Shown here one piece after another: positions 25,290-38,900 of a stretch of 64,000 nt of DNA. A program made the translations under genes and the position numbers. The DNA is from Mytilus edulis (taxonomy: Eukaryota), in assembly GCF_963676685.1 (NCBI RefSeq), contig NC_092350.1, forward strand, positions 58,156,001 to 58,220,000. The letters are read 5' to 3'. Position 1 is the stretch's first letter, and the number at the start of each line of letters is the position of its first letter. A model generated the notes under the pieces. That model was not told the DNA's origin, ran no database searches, and saw only the letters and a list, made by a program, of their open reading frames with translations.

Positions 25290-25613
25290 GTGGACTATAA
25301 GTCCCCTAGGATATCACCAGCCCAGTAGCCAGTACTTCGGTACTGGCATGAAAATACGGATTGTTTGTGTTATTAAAATTTGCTGTTACAAAATATCAGA
25401 AATTATTTTAAATTAAGGAATGTATCTCCCTCATGCAAAGCTCTGATTCCTTTCACTGATTTGGCTATACTTTTTGGACCTTTTGGTTTATTAGCTCTTC
25501 ATCTTTTATATAAGCTTTGGATTTCAAATATTTTGGCCACGAGCATCACTGAAGAGACATGTATTGTCGAAATGCGCATCTGGTGCAAGAAAATTGGTAC
25601 CGTTAGTTTTATT
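25290..25613 (+). mobile_element. Penelope-like element terminal (pLTR) fragment
   Basis: ~320-bp insertion present in only one of the two direct repeats; carries a hammerhead motif; related to 39295-39520. Confidence 0.6.
25543..25586 (+). ncRNA. Minimal type I hammerhead ribozyme
   Basis: gcatca-CTGAAGA-gaca(tgtat)tgtc-GAAA-tgcgca-TC-tggtgc: stem I, catalytic core, stem II, palindromic stem III, AUC cleavage triplet. Confidence 0.8.
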
Positions 25614-27434
25614 AGGGAGAAATTGAATATTCATAGAAAATTAATTTTGTTTACATACTGGTTCCCAGTTATGCTCTCTGTGTTCCAAATCGCAGAGACA
25701 TAACTTGGGAATGTTACCAGTAATTAAACACGTGCATATTGTTTACATTGAAATCTGTGGTAACCTTTCATTCGAGGTAGGGGTAGTTAGGAAAATTAGT
25801 GTAAGTTTAAACTTTGAGAAGTTCAGGGCATATAAACGTTGAAAATATGCCGCACAGCCCTATATTTTGACCTTTGAAAAAATATTGTGGTGAAAATGAA
25901 CTTTCAATTCTAGGATAAGATTCTTTTCAAAACTTCATAGTAAAAGTGGTACAGTTTAAGTTGTAAAAGGTGTTCCTACGGGAAATTGCAATGTAAATAT
26001 TTACAGAAATGCAACCTGAATTGGTAATCTTAAGGAAATTTTGCTGTTTTTGGTTATTATCTTGAATATTATTATAAATAGAGATAAACTGTAAACAGCA
26101 ATTATGTTCAGCAAAGTAAGATTTACAAATAAGTCAACATGACCAAAATGGTCAGTTGATCCCTTTAGGAGTTATTGCCCTTTATAGTAAATTTTTAACC
26201 ATTTTGTAAATCTTAGTTATCTTTTACAAAAATCTTCTCCTCTGAAACTACTAGGTCAAATTAAACCAAACTTGGCCACAATTATCATAGAGGTATCTAG
26301 TTTAAAAATATGTCCAGTGACCCGACTAACCAACCAAGATGGCCGCCATTGCTAAAAATAGAACATAGGTGTAAAATGCTGTTTTCGGCATATTACTCAA
26401 ATACCAAAGCATTTAGAGTAAATCTGACCTGGGGTTGAATTGTTTATCAGGTCAAGATATCTCTGCCCTAAAATTTTTAGATGAATCGGACAACCCATTG
26501 TTAGGTTGCTTCCCCTGAATTGGTAATCTTAAGGAAATTTTGCTGTTTTTGGTTATTATCTTGAATATTATTATAGATAGAGATAAACTGTAAACGGCAA
26601 TAATGTTCAGCAAGGTAAGATTTACAAATAAGTCTAACGACCGAAATGGTCAGTTGACCCCTTAAGGAGTTATTGCCCTTTATAGTAAATTTTTGACCAT
26701 ATTTCATAAATCTTGGTAATTTTTTTCAAAAATCTTCTCCTCTGAAACTACTGGGCCAAATTAATCCAAACTTGGCCACAATCATCTTTAAGGTATCTAG
26801 TTTAAAAATTGTGTCCGGTGACCAGGCCAACCAACCAAGATGGTCGCCTTGGTTAAAAATAGAACATAAGGGTAAAATGCAGTTTTTGGCTTATAACTCA
26901 AAAACCAAAGCATTTAGAGTAAATCTGACAGGGTTAAATTGTTTATCAGGTCTAGATCTATCTGCCCTGTAATTTTCAGATGGATCAGACAACCCGTTGT
27001 TAAATTGCCGCCCTGAATTGGTAATTTTAAGGAAATTTTGCTTTTTTTGGTTATTATCTTGAATATTATATAGAAAGAGATAAACTGTAAACAGCAATAA
27101 TGTACAGCAAAGTAAGACCTAAAAATAAGCCAACATGACCAAAATGGTCAATTGACCCCCTAAGGAGTTATTTTGTTTCCTTTATAGTCAATTTTTAACA
27201 ATTTTCATAAAATTTGTGAATTTTTACTAACATTTTCAACTGAAACTACTTGGCCAAGTTCATTATAGATAGAGATAATTGTAAGCAGCAAGAATGTTCA
27301 GTAAAGTACAATATGTAAGATGTTCAAACACATCACCATCACCAAAACACAATTTTGTCATGAATCTATCTGCGTCCTTTGTTTATTAATCACATGGACC
27401 GAGGTGAGCGACACAGGCTCTTAAGAGCCTCTAG

Positions 27435-27640
27435 TTTTTTTTATTAATATGGCCGTTAGTTTTCTCGTTTGAATTTTTTACATTGTCTTATCGGGGCCTT
27501 TTATATACTGACTATGCGGTATGGGCCTTACTCATTGTTGAAGGCCGTACGGTGACCTATAGCTGTTAATGTCTGTGTCATTTTTGTCTCTTGTGGACAG
27601 TTGTCTCATTGGCAATCATACCACATCTTTTTTTTTTATA
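27435..27640 (-). repeat. Abundant dispersed repeat family (other copies near 11685, 18970, 23110, 32030, 40490, 51665, 60835)
   Basis: Recurrent motif tggtatgattgccaatgagacaact...ggtcaccgtacggccttcaacaatgag in both orientations; continuous with 23110-23162 across the HINE insertion. Confidence 0.7.
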
Positions 27641-29571
27641 AACATTAAGAATGGGTATGAAATGAGGTCCAAAAACTTAATTCAACCGTCGATTTAAATC
27701 AAAAACTATCAAAGAACTACGATTTAAACATTGACATGTTGTAGTATGGATCAAATGTAATATATTTGTATAACCCGAAAAGAATAATCAACTGATATAT
27801 GACCGGAAGTGATGTTTTATAACTTAAATAAGACAAATAAGCCTTCATTCACTCTATCTAGTAACATTGTGAATACATCCAATCAGTGTGTATGCAGAAA
27901 GGTACCTGCATTTGATGTCATTTGAAATCAAAGATGGCCGCCATGATGGGATGAATTTTTGTCCTGGCTACCCCCTTCATATGACTATATACACCTGAAG
28001 ACATGTTCTCACAAAGTTTCATGCTTGTATCACCACTTGCATGATTTGTGTAGTAAGCTGCTCAACTACATGTATATGATACCTCATTAACATCAATTAT
28101 AATTGAACTTTACATAGGGGTAAAGTTAGGTTACCCTGTTCCTTTATCAACTAAAATGGTGTTAAATTATTATCAATATCATTTTAATTGTTTTTATTAA
28201 ATTTCAGAAGCCAAATCATAGCTCTTACAATATTACCTCCGTTAATGTTCAGATGTCTCGTTTTGCCATAATTCTTTTAAGCGTTCTAATCTATCTAAAT
28301 GAAATGTTTTTTGTCATGATTGTTATTTGTTACGCAAACAAATTGACTTGGACGACTTATTCTGGATCACCTTAGTTCGATTTACATACAGGGCAATAAA
28401 GTTTAAATGACATTGAATCTATTTCTTTTTCATTGAATAATAACTGGCTAGTCTGTGGTGCCATATAATTATCACTGTCTGTCTGTCCCGCTGTCAACAT
28501 TTTATAACGCATGATAATTCAAAATTGTTACATTTCATTTCTATTTTTACAAAGTCTTTATAAATAAAATGTTTATATCTTTAAAAGGAAGGTATATGTC
28601 AACTTTTGAGATATTTTATATATGACATGCTATTCCAAATTGTTTCCGGGTATGTCAAATCTTCGGCTTGAGAACATTCGAAAAATGTGCTTAAAACTAA
28701 GTTTCGTCTTGAGAAACATCTATATGTGCTAGGATTTCAAAAGAAATACAGAATATTAATAATACATCGGTTTAATTTTGAAATGGAGACCGATTTTTGG
28801 TGTCAAATTAAATGTAAGGGAAAAATAGTAATTAACAATAAATAATCTCAATTTTAATCACCTTCAGATCAAGGCCTTGAATGAATTGAATACAGCTGTA
28901 ATAATATGATATTATGTTTTTTATAAACACTTTCCATTTTGTGGTTAAAATTCAAATTTTTGGTTATAAAACTCAAGGATTGAAACAAAAAACCTAACTC
29001 ACGAAAAGTAATCAGATCATGTCCGACTTAAGTAAGGTGTAGCTAAAAGTGTAGCTTCCTTTTTTTTATTATGACAATTACAAATCCGGTATTTCAATTG
29101 TGGAGTTGCAGTGATAGACAATTTACAAACGCTGCTTGTAAAGTCTTAAAGACTCGTGGTATTCAGTGTGCACCACATTTTTTATATGAAAACATATTGC
29201 AGTCATTCCTTAACTATAACATCTTGTTCGGATCAGTCTTTCGTTTTCTGTGGTTTGTGTACTGCACATTACAGGTGTTTGTCTTTTCGTCGATTTTCGT
29301 TTGCCATGGCATTATCAGTTTGTTTTTGACATAAGCGTTTGAATTTCTCTTTGGTGTACCCCCCCCCCCCCCCCCTCTTTGTTGAGTTCGATCTAAGAAT
29401 TGTGTTTTGTGTAACTATAGTGAGAGGATAAAGTCCATATCTATTTATATGATTAGATGAAAGGTTTACATCAGTTCAAGGGTTTCGATGAAGTTTATTT
29501 TCTTGCTCTATTTTAACTTTTCAATCTTTTAAAGCATAATGTTGTCAAATATGTGACTTCTATATGTACAT

Positions 29572-29796
29572 GAGGCCCCTCATGGGGGGGTCCTAGTAAT
29601 CACATAATCACCATTTTTTTGCCAATATAATCACATAATCATTAAATATTTGCTTATCTTTAGTAATCAAATAATCATAAACTAAAAATACAGTCCTAGG
29701 TAATCAAATAATCATGAAATATTTGGCTTAATAATCAAATAATCATTAAAAAAGCGGCCAAGTAATCACATAATCAAAAACCCCATGAGGGCCCTC
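29572..29796. mobile_element. MITE with GAG..CTC termini and internal TAATCA repeats
   Basis: TIR gagg(c/g)ccctcatgggg; 6-bp TSD GTACAT (29566-71, 29797-802). Confidence 0.8.
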
Positions 29797-32700
29797 GTAC
29801 ATGTACGTTCTGTGTGTGTATGTTTAAAACTAATGCTGAAATTGTGTCTATCGTATTTGAAATACAAAAATAGTCCATAATTTGATTTATTAGGTTGAAG
29901 CAATTGTATTTATCATTCATTTTTATATCATAAGTATAATCGAAAATTGAGTTATTATGGGAAGAGTCTGTGTAGATTATTGTTCGAATAAATAAAATTG
30001 AGAATAAAGCATAACAACTACACAATTGTATCGTCGATGGTTTATCATTATTATCTAAACACTGCAAACTTTATTCCATGTTATGTCACAGTGGAAAATG
30101 CAAAAACAGGGGGAGGGGTTCCGGTGAATGGAAACCCTTTTTGCTTGACAACTAATGCTTTTGTATTGGAACATATGGTGTGACCACCTTTTTATATGAC
30201 TCGCATATATTGGAACCCAAATTTAAAAAATTACTGGATCCACGTCTGTGTTTCCTATATATGTGTAAAGTATTTGTCGCTGGTTTAATTTATGATAAGG
30301 ATTGTATGACATGTCGTTTCCAAGATATTGCCTTGTATCGTCCCTTGACTTATTGTTTCATTTTTTTGTTTTTGTATGGTGTATATGTTGACAATTTTAC
30401 ACAAATAGTCGTGTAAGTATAAGAGAAGGTTTGAAATCCTACCTGAACAACATGATTAAGCCTGTGCATATTTGTGCTAGTCCTTAGTCAGGAATACTAT
30501 GGTTACAATTAACACCTATATACAATCGTCTGTTTGTACATATGAATATTATGAGTATAACGAAATCGGAAAAAATATCTTTTTGGGATTAAACGTCTAC
30601 CTTTTAAACTTGTGATTTTGTTTTAAAAAATTTGGTTCATTTATATGTTTTGGAGTTTACGATGAAGTCCATTTCGCCGAACGTATGTATACTGACGGAC
30701 TTTAAAACGCAAAATCATGATTGATCCGCAGATAAAGTCTACTCATTTTTACCATACATCTCTTTAGGAAAATACAATATCTGACTTACCTGGGGTCATT
30801 GAACATACTGGATCGTTGTGCGAATTTCCTAAAGTGAGATTTGAAACCAATAAATGATTTTTTTAAAGGTTTTTCTTTGTTAAACAATTCTTTGAATCCA
30901 TACTCCGTCTAAAATCAGTCAAACAATGTTGCAACTCCATATTACCGAGACTGAGTAACACAAATCTAATTCAGTCCATAAGAATATTGCCGGCTGGAAA
31001 ACGTGAACGCGTTGTAATCAGACAATTTGACGACAAAAAACTCGTTTTACTGTTCTTCCAACAGCGATACAAGTAGACAGGATTTGTTGATGACCATCAA
31101 TGACCAGTTCAATATGAAGTGATAATGCAATGTCAATAGAATTTGAATCCTGTACAAGACGGTTGCAACTCTAACTGCTAAACAGACATATTCATGTCAA
31201 ACATGTTTCCAAATAACTAAAATCCTAAAGAATCGACTTCAGCAAAAACATCCAATGCATTGAGTTTAAACTGCAAAATTGACAAAAGATATTGAAATTG
31301 GTGGGAAAAAGGCAAAATCAGTAGGTACAAACAGAACTCAAAAGATGCCCAACAGAATTGGTGGATATTTTCTGACAATCAATTTGTCGTTAGTTACAGA
31401 GAGTCATTACATTCGACGGTGAAACATTTATTGATAAGGGGAGAACAGGGTTTCATTGCATACCATATGCATTTGATTTGAACATTAAAATGACGTATCT
31501 AATTCTAGTTTCGAACTGTTATATTTGTTAGAAAATGAAATAAAGAATGAATTATGTTCATCATTTGTTTCAAGAAAAATGCATCTTTGAAAATGGAATT
31601 TAAAAGAATAATATAATGTTGCGTTTCTAAAGTCGGTCAGTATACATAATTGTTTAGGAGACAGCTGAAGCCCGCCTTTATGTGTGGAATTTTCTTGCTG
31701 AGTTGAAGATCTATTGCTCTGGGTTTTGGAAGAGTTGTCTATTTGACATATCACCCGTTTTCATTATCAATACTGTGTTCAATCTTTTTTTAGAAGACAA
31801 GAGAGTTTTAACCACTTGTTGACATGTACACTTGATTTATAGACATCTTGCGTTAAGTTGGTTTGTGTAAAAAAAATATAAAAAGCAGAACTGTCCATTC
31901 ATAACCATTTTTAGCCGAAATGTCTTCGAACTAGCGCAATTCATTCATTTGTTATTTGTCTTTAATCCGCTGATTTGTCAGAGTAGTCTCCCTTCTCACA
32001 TCAAATGTCTCTAAAGGTTATTGGTTTTTGGTATGAGTGACAATGAGACAACTCTCAATCCAAGTTACAATGTGAAAAAAATAAACCTTTATAGGTCAAA
32101 TTACAGCCTTTAACACGTAGCCTTGACTCACAGGGGACAGCAGCTATAGAGTACCGGAACATGATTAATGTAAAACAATCAAACCAGGAAAACCAACGGT
32201 CTGATCTATATAAAAAAGAGAAACGAAAAACATCAACACACGACACCTACTGATCATCAGGTTCCAGTTACATAGGATAGATGCAAACAAATGCAGTGGG
32301 TTTAACCTTCACCCTTACATGAAACAGTTCTATAACATTACAACTTAGGAAGATACACTGTAGCAAAGAATATCAATTGAAATGTCTTGAATAGATCAAA
32401 AAGAAATATAAAAAACAAGTAAATATACACTAAACAAATTAATTTGATTAATGACACAACATAAATACAATATGTATATATTCTATACTGTCAACTACTT
32501 GGATAGAATTTGTATAAAAGACTATGATTAGAACAATTTTGTCGGTCATTAACTTGTATTGAGATTTTCACCTGAAATAAACAAGATAAATCGACCCTCA
32601 CAATAATTTATGATTCGCCTTAAGCACTCATTTCGAAGATCGCCATTGTTTGCTTTTTGATCGAATGTACAATGGGAGGGGCTTGTAATTCAGTGGTTAT

Positions 32701-32943
32701 GATATCGGTTGTTAATGTACATTATGTTTGTTTTCATCTGTTGTTTTGTCAATTAATCTGGTCATTGTTTTTCTCGTTTGAATTTTTTTAAATTTCGTTA
32801 TGTTAGAACCTTTTGTAACCAGTATGGAATTATATCATTTCTGTAAATAGTATCTCCTTGGCAATCGTACCTTTTCGCTTACTAGTAATTGTATAATTGA
32901 GTAAATTTCATCAATCTGGTCGATGGCCTACACAGTAATGTGT

Positions 32944-33362
32944 AGGTGTCACATTCACAGATTAGGTCGCCGGTTCCATTTCGGTATTAATATCACGAAT
33001 GATCTCAAAAGTACAGATTCCGTCTTCCGATACGGATGTGATACGGATGCACAACGATGTAACTACGGGTTTTGACGTATCTTCCAACTGAAGGATAATG
33101 TAGGACAGGGGTCATTAGGGAGTAAAACGGATCAGTACATTAAAAACAGTTTAACAAGGATATACTACGGTTGTTTAAGTCGTAGTCAAATGTTGCGCAT
33201 GTTCAAAAATGGTCACGGATCGATATACAAGTACGTACTACTACGTATGACTACGGCTACAATACAGAAATCCACAGACCAATTGATACAAATTGTCATA
33301 AATGATGCTGGCTAATATCCGTAAATAAGCCAGCGTCAAATCTGTGAATGTGTGACCGCCCT
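32944..33362. mobile_element. Degenerate MITE
   Basis: cacattcacagatt ... aatctgtgaatgtg inverted termini; internal TACGG repeats. Confidence 0.5.
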
Positions 33363-33412
33363 TGAGCTTATATGGTAAATTTCTGAAGCACCCGAGTCTG
33401 CACTAAAATTTG

Positions 33413-33597
33413 CAATTAGCCTTTTCAGAATCTAAAGCATCATGGGTAATTTCATTGTTCGTTACCCAAAGTGAAAAAAACGTTACGTCATTGGTTGAAT
33501 TTCCATTGTTTATAACGTTTTAAACCAATCAAAACGCTTTGGTGAACGCTTTCGAAAATATAACCCAGGATGCATTAGATTCTGAAACGGCCAATTG
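33413..33597. mobile_element. MITE with ~40-bp TIRs
   Basis: caattagccttttcagaatctaaagcatcatgggt / acccaggatgcattagattctgaaacggccaattg. Confidence 0.7.
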
Positions 33598-35699
33598 TTT
33601 GACTGTATTTTACTCTAGTTGTGTTCATTAAACCCTGAATAGCTGAACAGACGTGTAACTGCAGTAATGATATTTTCACGTTGTGTGTATTAGTTTAGAA
33701 TTATTCAAACTTGACTTTTTAAGTCATAACTCACTACCACTCTCTAAATAGTATTGTTGCTTTGCATCACGGTACATAGCTATAAGTGTTAGTCGATATA
33801 CTTGCCATCTTGAAATAATTACGTACCACATAAATATTGTGATTTGTTGTTTAATGAAGGCTGAAATACAACAAACGTTATTTGCTTAATAAAGGCAACA
33901 GAAGTATACCGCTGTTCGAAAGTCATAAATCGATTGCAAGAAAACAAATCCGGGTTACAAACTAAAACGAGGAAGACACATCACCTAGAAGAGGAAAACA
34001 ACAAAACAACAGAAACACTTAAGTGCAACAAAAAAACAAACGACATTGCAACACACACAGAAACTAACTATAAGATAACTGCCATTTTTCTGACTTGGTA
34101 CCGGGCATTTTAAGAATAAATGGTGAGTTTAACCTGGTTTTGTGGCTAGCCAATTCTCGCACATTTATTGCAATGTTCAATAAAACACTAAAATGACAGT
34201 ATTACATGACAGGACTACAGTACAAATAAATGCATATTTCCTCTTTATAACTTTCTGATTTTGATTATATCATCTTCAGTATATTTTCAGGTAGTTTTAG
34301 TGTGGTTCATCACAAAATAATAATTTATCTTAAAGAAATGTGTATCTACGATTTCCATTTTTATAGAAAAAAAAGCTCTGTTTAATGTGATTGTGAATTC
34401 AATCTTTCTATTGAACACGGGGAATAGTAGTGAAAAGCGTAGAAACATCAACATTAAGTATGTGTATTTCAGTTCCGATCAACTGTCATTAATTTATGTT
34501 TATTTTACTATGCATGTATTGCACACTTAAACTCAATATTGAAATAATAATCATTAATACGTGTTAACTTGCTTGGTTAATCTGCAATATGCACCATTTG
34601 CTTTGCTAAATCATGTTCCTGTACAATATATACAAAAAACACATTACCTGAATTGTAAAACTTCTGTCAATCTAGGCACACCTCAAGAAAGACCCAACTC
34701 CAGAGTCGTGTCTATTTTTAAATGTTTTAATTTTTAACAAGTAAAGTGAACAAAATTTTAAAAGCATTGGTGTATAACGCAAGCTCTTAAAGTAGAACAA
34801 CATCATTTTCACTGAAACTAAATATTTACTGCTGTATAATTATACTTATTGGTTTTGATTGTTAATGTCTTTATCACTCGAAATCATGTTACTCTTAATC
34901 AACATACATAAACATTCATAATGTATATATCTAAATACATTATATACTACAGAACAAGCAATCAAAATCGCAATTCAATCACCGGAAACTAGAAAATCAC
35001 ACTCAACAAATACACGTTGACAACTAAACAATGAACAGCCAGTTTAAAATTTCAGAAAAGTTCATCCTAATAATTATATATACCAAAGTTTATGTTCCAA
35101 GTCTAAGACATCCATTTTATATCAATCAATATTTAGAAATACCACATTTCAATACTAAATCAACAGCCACATGCACACATATAACCTTGAATGATGATAA
35201 AGCGAAGAGGGTCACAGCTTTTAGAAAAGTTAATCTTTGTATGCTTTGGATTTCAGATGCAACTTGAAGATATTTGTAATTTAACACATTTCCAGTAAAT
35301 TTCAGACTAATGTACCAAATCAATCAAGTCTCATCAAGCATACTCGACAATTACTGTCCAATGAAAGAAAATCATTGGTCAAGTCTTTTGCATAGCTTTA
35401 AAAAAAATAATAGTACGCAGAAATATGAACTATTGTAAAGGGAGAATAAACTTACAAATTAATTATTGAGTGTTGGATTACTGTCTTTTAGCGTATTCAT
35501 AACATCTCAATTGACTCATATATTTACAATACATATGTTTAATCAATACCAACAAACCAAAAATATTATGATAAACATTTAGTATACGTGATTAAACAAT
35601 AATGTAACTAGTGCTGCAGGATCTGACCATTTTGGATCACACAAGACTATCCGGTTCATTTTTCGGTATGGCTATTCGTTTAACTATTTTATCTCACTT

Positions 35700-35950
35700 A
35701 AAGATATCTAACACACTTTATAAGATATCTTATATAGTTTATGAGATAGTTTATAAAATTTATAAGATATCTTATATAGCTTATAAGATATATAGCTTAT
35801 AAGATATCTTATGTAGTTTTTAAGATATATAATATAGATTATAAGATATCTTATGTAGTTTAAAATATATAGTTTGTAAAACATCCTATATAGTTAATCA
35901 GATATCTAATAAATTATATGATATATCTTATACACTATATAAGATATCTC
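35700..35950. repeat. ~21-bp minisatellite (ttataagatatcttatatag), also at 2815-2950 and 40055-40285
   Basis: Direct reading; unit contains palindrome TATAAGATATCTTATA. Confidence 0.8.
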
Positions 35951-38900
35951 ATGAAATAAAGTTTTCTTGCTGTGTTAAAGACCAATTGGTGGCCTTCTGC
36001 TGATTTCTGCTCTTTGGTCGAGTTGTTGTGTATCATGTAGAGTTTAGAAAAATACCAGTTCATTTCTTTCTAACCTAAATTTTGAAAAGGTTGTGTGGCA
36101 TTTGTTATCGTTTGCCGAACGCTGCAAAAGTAGAAACAAATACATCGTTCAATCAGTGTTTACTGACCCTTTTCGAACTTTCAATAATGCATGCAAATGT
36201 TGTTTCTAAACATACTTGTTACGGGGTTATTAAATGCCGCCGGGTTCCTTCAACCAACATAGTAATAAATCACTAGACTTTTCACCGTTTTCTCTATTTC
36301 ATATGTATGGAAGTGTGATGCCTATAATTATGATTATTACTAACAGTGTTTCGGGATTTTTTGCTCATACTGGTAATTAAGCATGGATCCCTTTTAAAAA
36401 GTCTCCCAACTCATGCAACTATTGCCTTGATTTATCGAGTTATTCTTTTATATTTGTTTTGGCACCAGGGCAAAGATTTCACGGTATTGTATGTTTTTTT
36501 GCATATTGTTCAAATGTTTTCTTACAATTTAACTAAAATTCAAGGTTGAAGTTAGAAACGAGTTCAAATGTTTTCTTATAAATTTTACTAAAATTCAAGG
36601 TTGAAGTTGGAAACGAATGTAGCGTTGTACTAACAAACGATGAACGACATTTGTATCACGAATGACGCTTGTCTGTGAAATCCATGCCCAAGTTTGCAAA
36701 AATGTGAAAACATTTTCGAATATCTGAACAAATACTTTCAATATGTTTCAAAATACATAGGTTAATGGGGACAGGCCAATTTTTCGCGCCTTCACCCTTT
36801 TTGACAAAATCCTTTTTTTGTTTGTTTTTTCCATTAATTTCAATTACTTTCGTGTTTTTCAGTGTACTATGAACATAAAATATACTAGAAATAATTTGCA
36901 ATCGCTATTTACTTTCAATTCACAGCGATCACTGATACATCTCATAGAGAGAAGGTACTTCGCTTTGTACCTTATCATCTATTTTCCTACGCGAAATCTA
37001 GGGAGGAATCACTTTTCTAATTTATTACATTTTGTAAACAACTCATTCCCTTTGGGTCAGTTGTCATGAATCGTTTCCGCAAATATTCCTCTGTTTAAAG
37101 TGTCATCACTCTAAATATATTTGACGTCTATCGACAGAACAGATCAGTTTTGCTCGTCGTATCGTCGTATTTTGATTCGTAACTGACGGAAGTATTGTAT
37201 GGGCGACAATTCTAAATCCAGTTCCTTCATCTGATGTTTCTAATGTTATTGAACAACATCATAAGGTACGAGAGTTTCCGATAACAGTATAAACAAAAAA
37301 TAAACAGTAAACTTTCTCTACTTTATTTATACTTTAAACTGTTGTGAAGAACTCTGGTACATTATCGTGTTGTTCAATAACATTGATAGTAATTAAGTTC
37401 ATTTATATGTTTCGGAGTTTAGTGTGACGTCCATTTTATTTGAACTAGTACTCAACTGTCCTAAGAGGCCAGCTGAAGCCCACTTACGAGGTCGGGATCT
37501 TCTCGCTGTGTTGATGGTGGCCTTGGCTGTTCTCTGCTGTAATGGGACGTAAGAAAAAGGAAGGGACAACAGTTATTGTATCCCTGTAATGTAAAGTTAA
37601 GAGAAATACTAATTTATCACACACTAAAGATTTTCATATTTTGCAATAGACTTCAGAGAAAAAATATACAATTGAAATATATATGTATATATATTTTCTG
37701 TGCTTTGAAAGAGACATGTGAAATTCCGATGATGACGTCAAAAAAAAAAGTGTGAATCAGATAATCAATATATAACAACACCAAAAAGTACATACTTTGC
37801 ACAATCAATTCGATAAACGAAGGAAAATATAGTTTGAACAAATCATGGTTGCATACCTTGCAAGTATCATTTAAGCACTTTAAAATCAATGACTGCGGTT
37901 AGTTCATTTGATCATGTTGATATATGCCTTTTTGTGCTTTTTGGTTAAATATTTGCTTGTTTTATCGGTAGAAAGATACTTATGGTACTTGTACATTCTG
38001 TAATTATTGTTTATGATATTCCCGTATTGTTGTCTTTCATTTTGCTAATGTGCTGTTTCTTTATGCCTTTTAAATTTGGTGTTACTGTGAAAACCTGTTT
38101 GTTGCTCGTCTTTTATTTTTGCTATATTCTTTGTCTATATGCCTTTTCATGTTTCTTCGTTACATAAATGACGTGGCTCTGTACTTATATATCCCGACAT
38201 TTTGTTATTGTACTATGGTAATTTTTTGTATTCTTGTCTTTGATATTTATTAATATGCTTGGTCTGTATGCCGTTGTGTGTATCTTTATTTCATGTTTGT
38301 AGTTTTTATAGGGATTGGCACTGTATTTTTGGCACTTTTTACCTATTATGTTTGTTGTTTTGTTCGCGCATGATTTTGATTTTGCCATTTGATAAACGAC
38401 TTTCCGTTTTGAATTTTCCTCGTAATTCAGTATTTTTTGTGATTTTACCTTTTAATTTGTGAGTATTACAAAATACGTTATCAAAATATCAAGACCAAAT
38501 AACATATTTAATCAAATATTCTATTATTATTCCTTATTCTGTATTTTTCATGCAAAAAATATGGTGATGTAAAGATAATTGTATATAAAATAAGCTGATT
38601 ACAAAGACATTTCTGTAAAAAAAAAGTACCAATGGGACGAATACAAATATTCCCGCTTGTTCAAACAATCCAAGGACGACATTAACAGTAGTCCATTCTC
38701 TGTTATGTCAAATTTAGGGAAACACCAGTTTATTACACACTTAAAATTTTCATATTTCACTCTAGACTTCACAGGAAAATATATAATTGCAGTATATATA
38801 AAATTGAGAATGGAAATGGGGGATGTGCCAAAGAGACAATAACCCGACTAAAGAGCAGAACACGTGGACATGGACGTCATACTTAACTCTAAAACATATA

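Larger units (their letters stand above)
23569..26016. mobile_element. KolobokP-like element with long terminal direct repeats (non-autonomous)
   Basis: Two ~446-bp direct repeats (23569-24014; 25243-26016 including an insertion), each bounded by TIR ggttgca..tgcaacc; 4-bp TSD TGAA (23565-68, 26017-20); TATA at both inner junctions. Confidence 0.75.
23163..27434 (+). mobile_element. Non-autonomous Helentron-type (HINE-like) element with ~500-bp tandem units
   Basis: subTIR ctcacct / aggtgagc, (CGT/CGTC) microsatellite 23210-23260, ~500-bp repeats (aaaatcttctcctctgaaactact at ~23272, 26229, 26729), 3' palindrome aggctcttaagagcct, inserted in a T run. Confidence 0.8.
21799..28068 (-). mobile_element. 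Non-autonomous Academ-type DNA transposon hosting nested insertions
   Basis: TAG..CTA termini, ~55-bp imperfect TIRs (tagtggggcggcttagtac..atcatgcaaatggtgatacaagcat / reverse at 28020-28068), 3-bp TSD CAT (21796-98, 28069-71). Relic minus-strand coding at ~22250-22500 (IPSPGDLGW..W, KCGCKKTCSCRC) resembles the Cys-rich C-terminus of Academ-type transposases. Confidence 0.72.
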
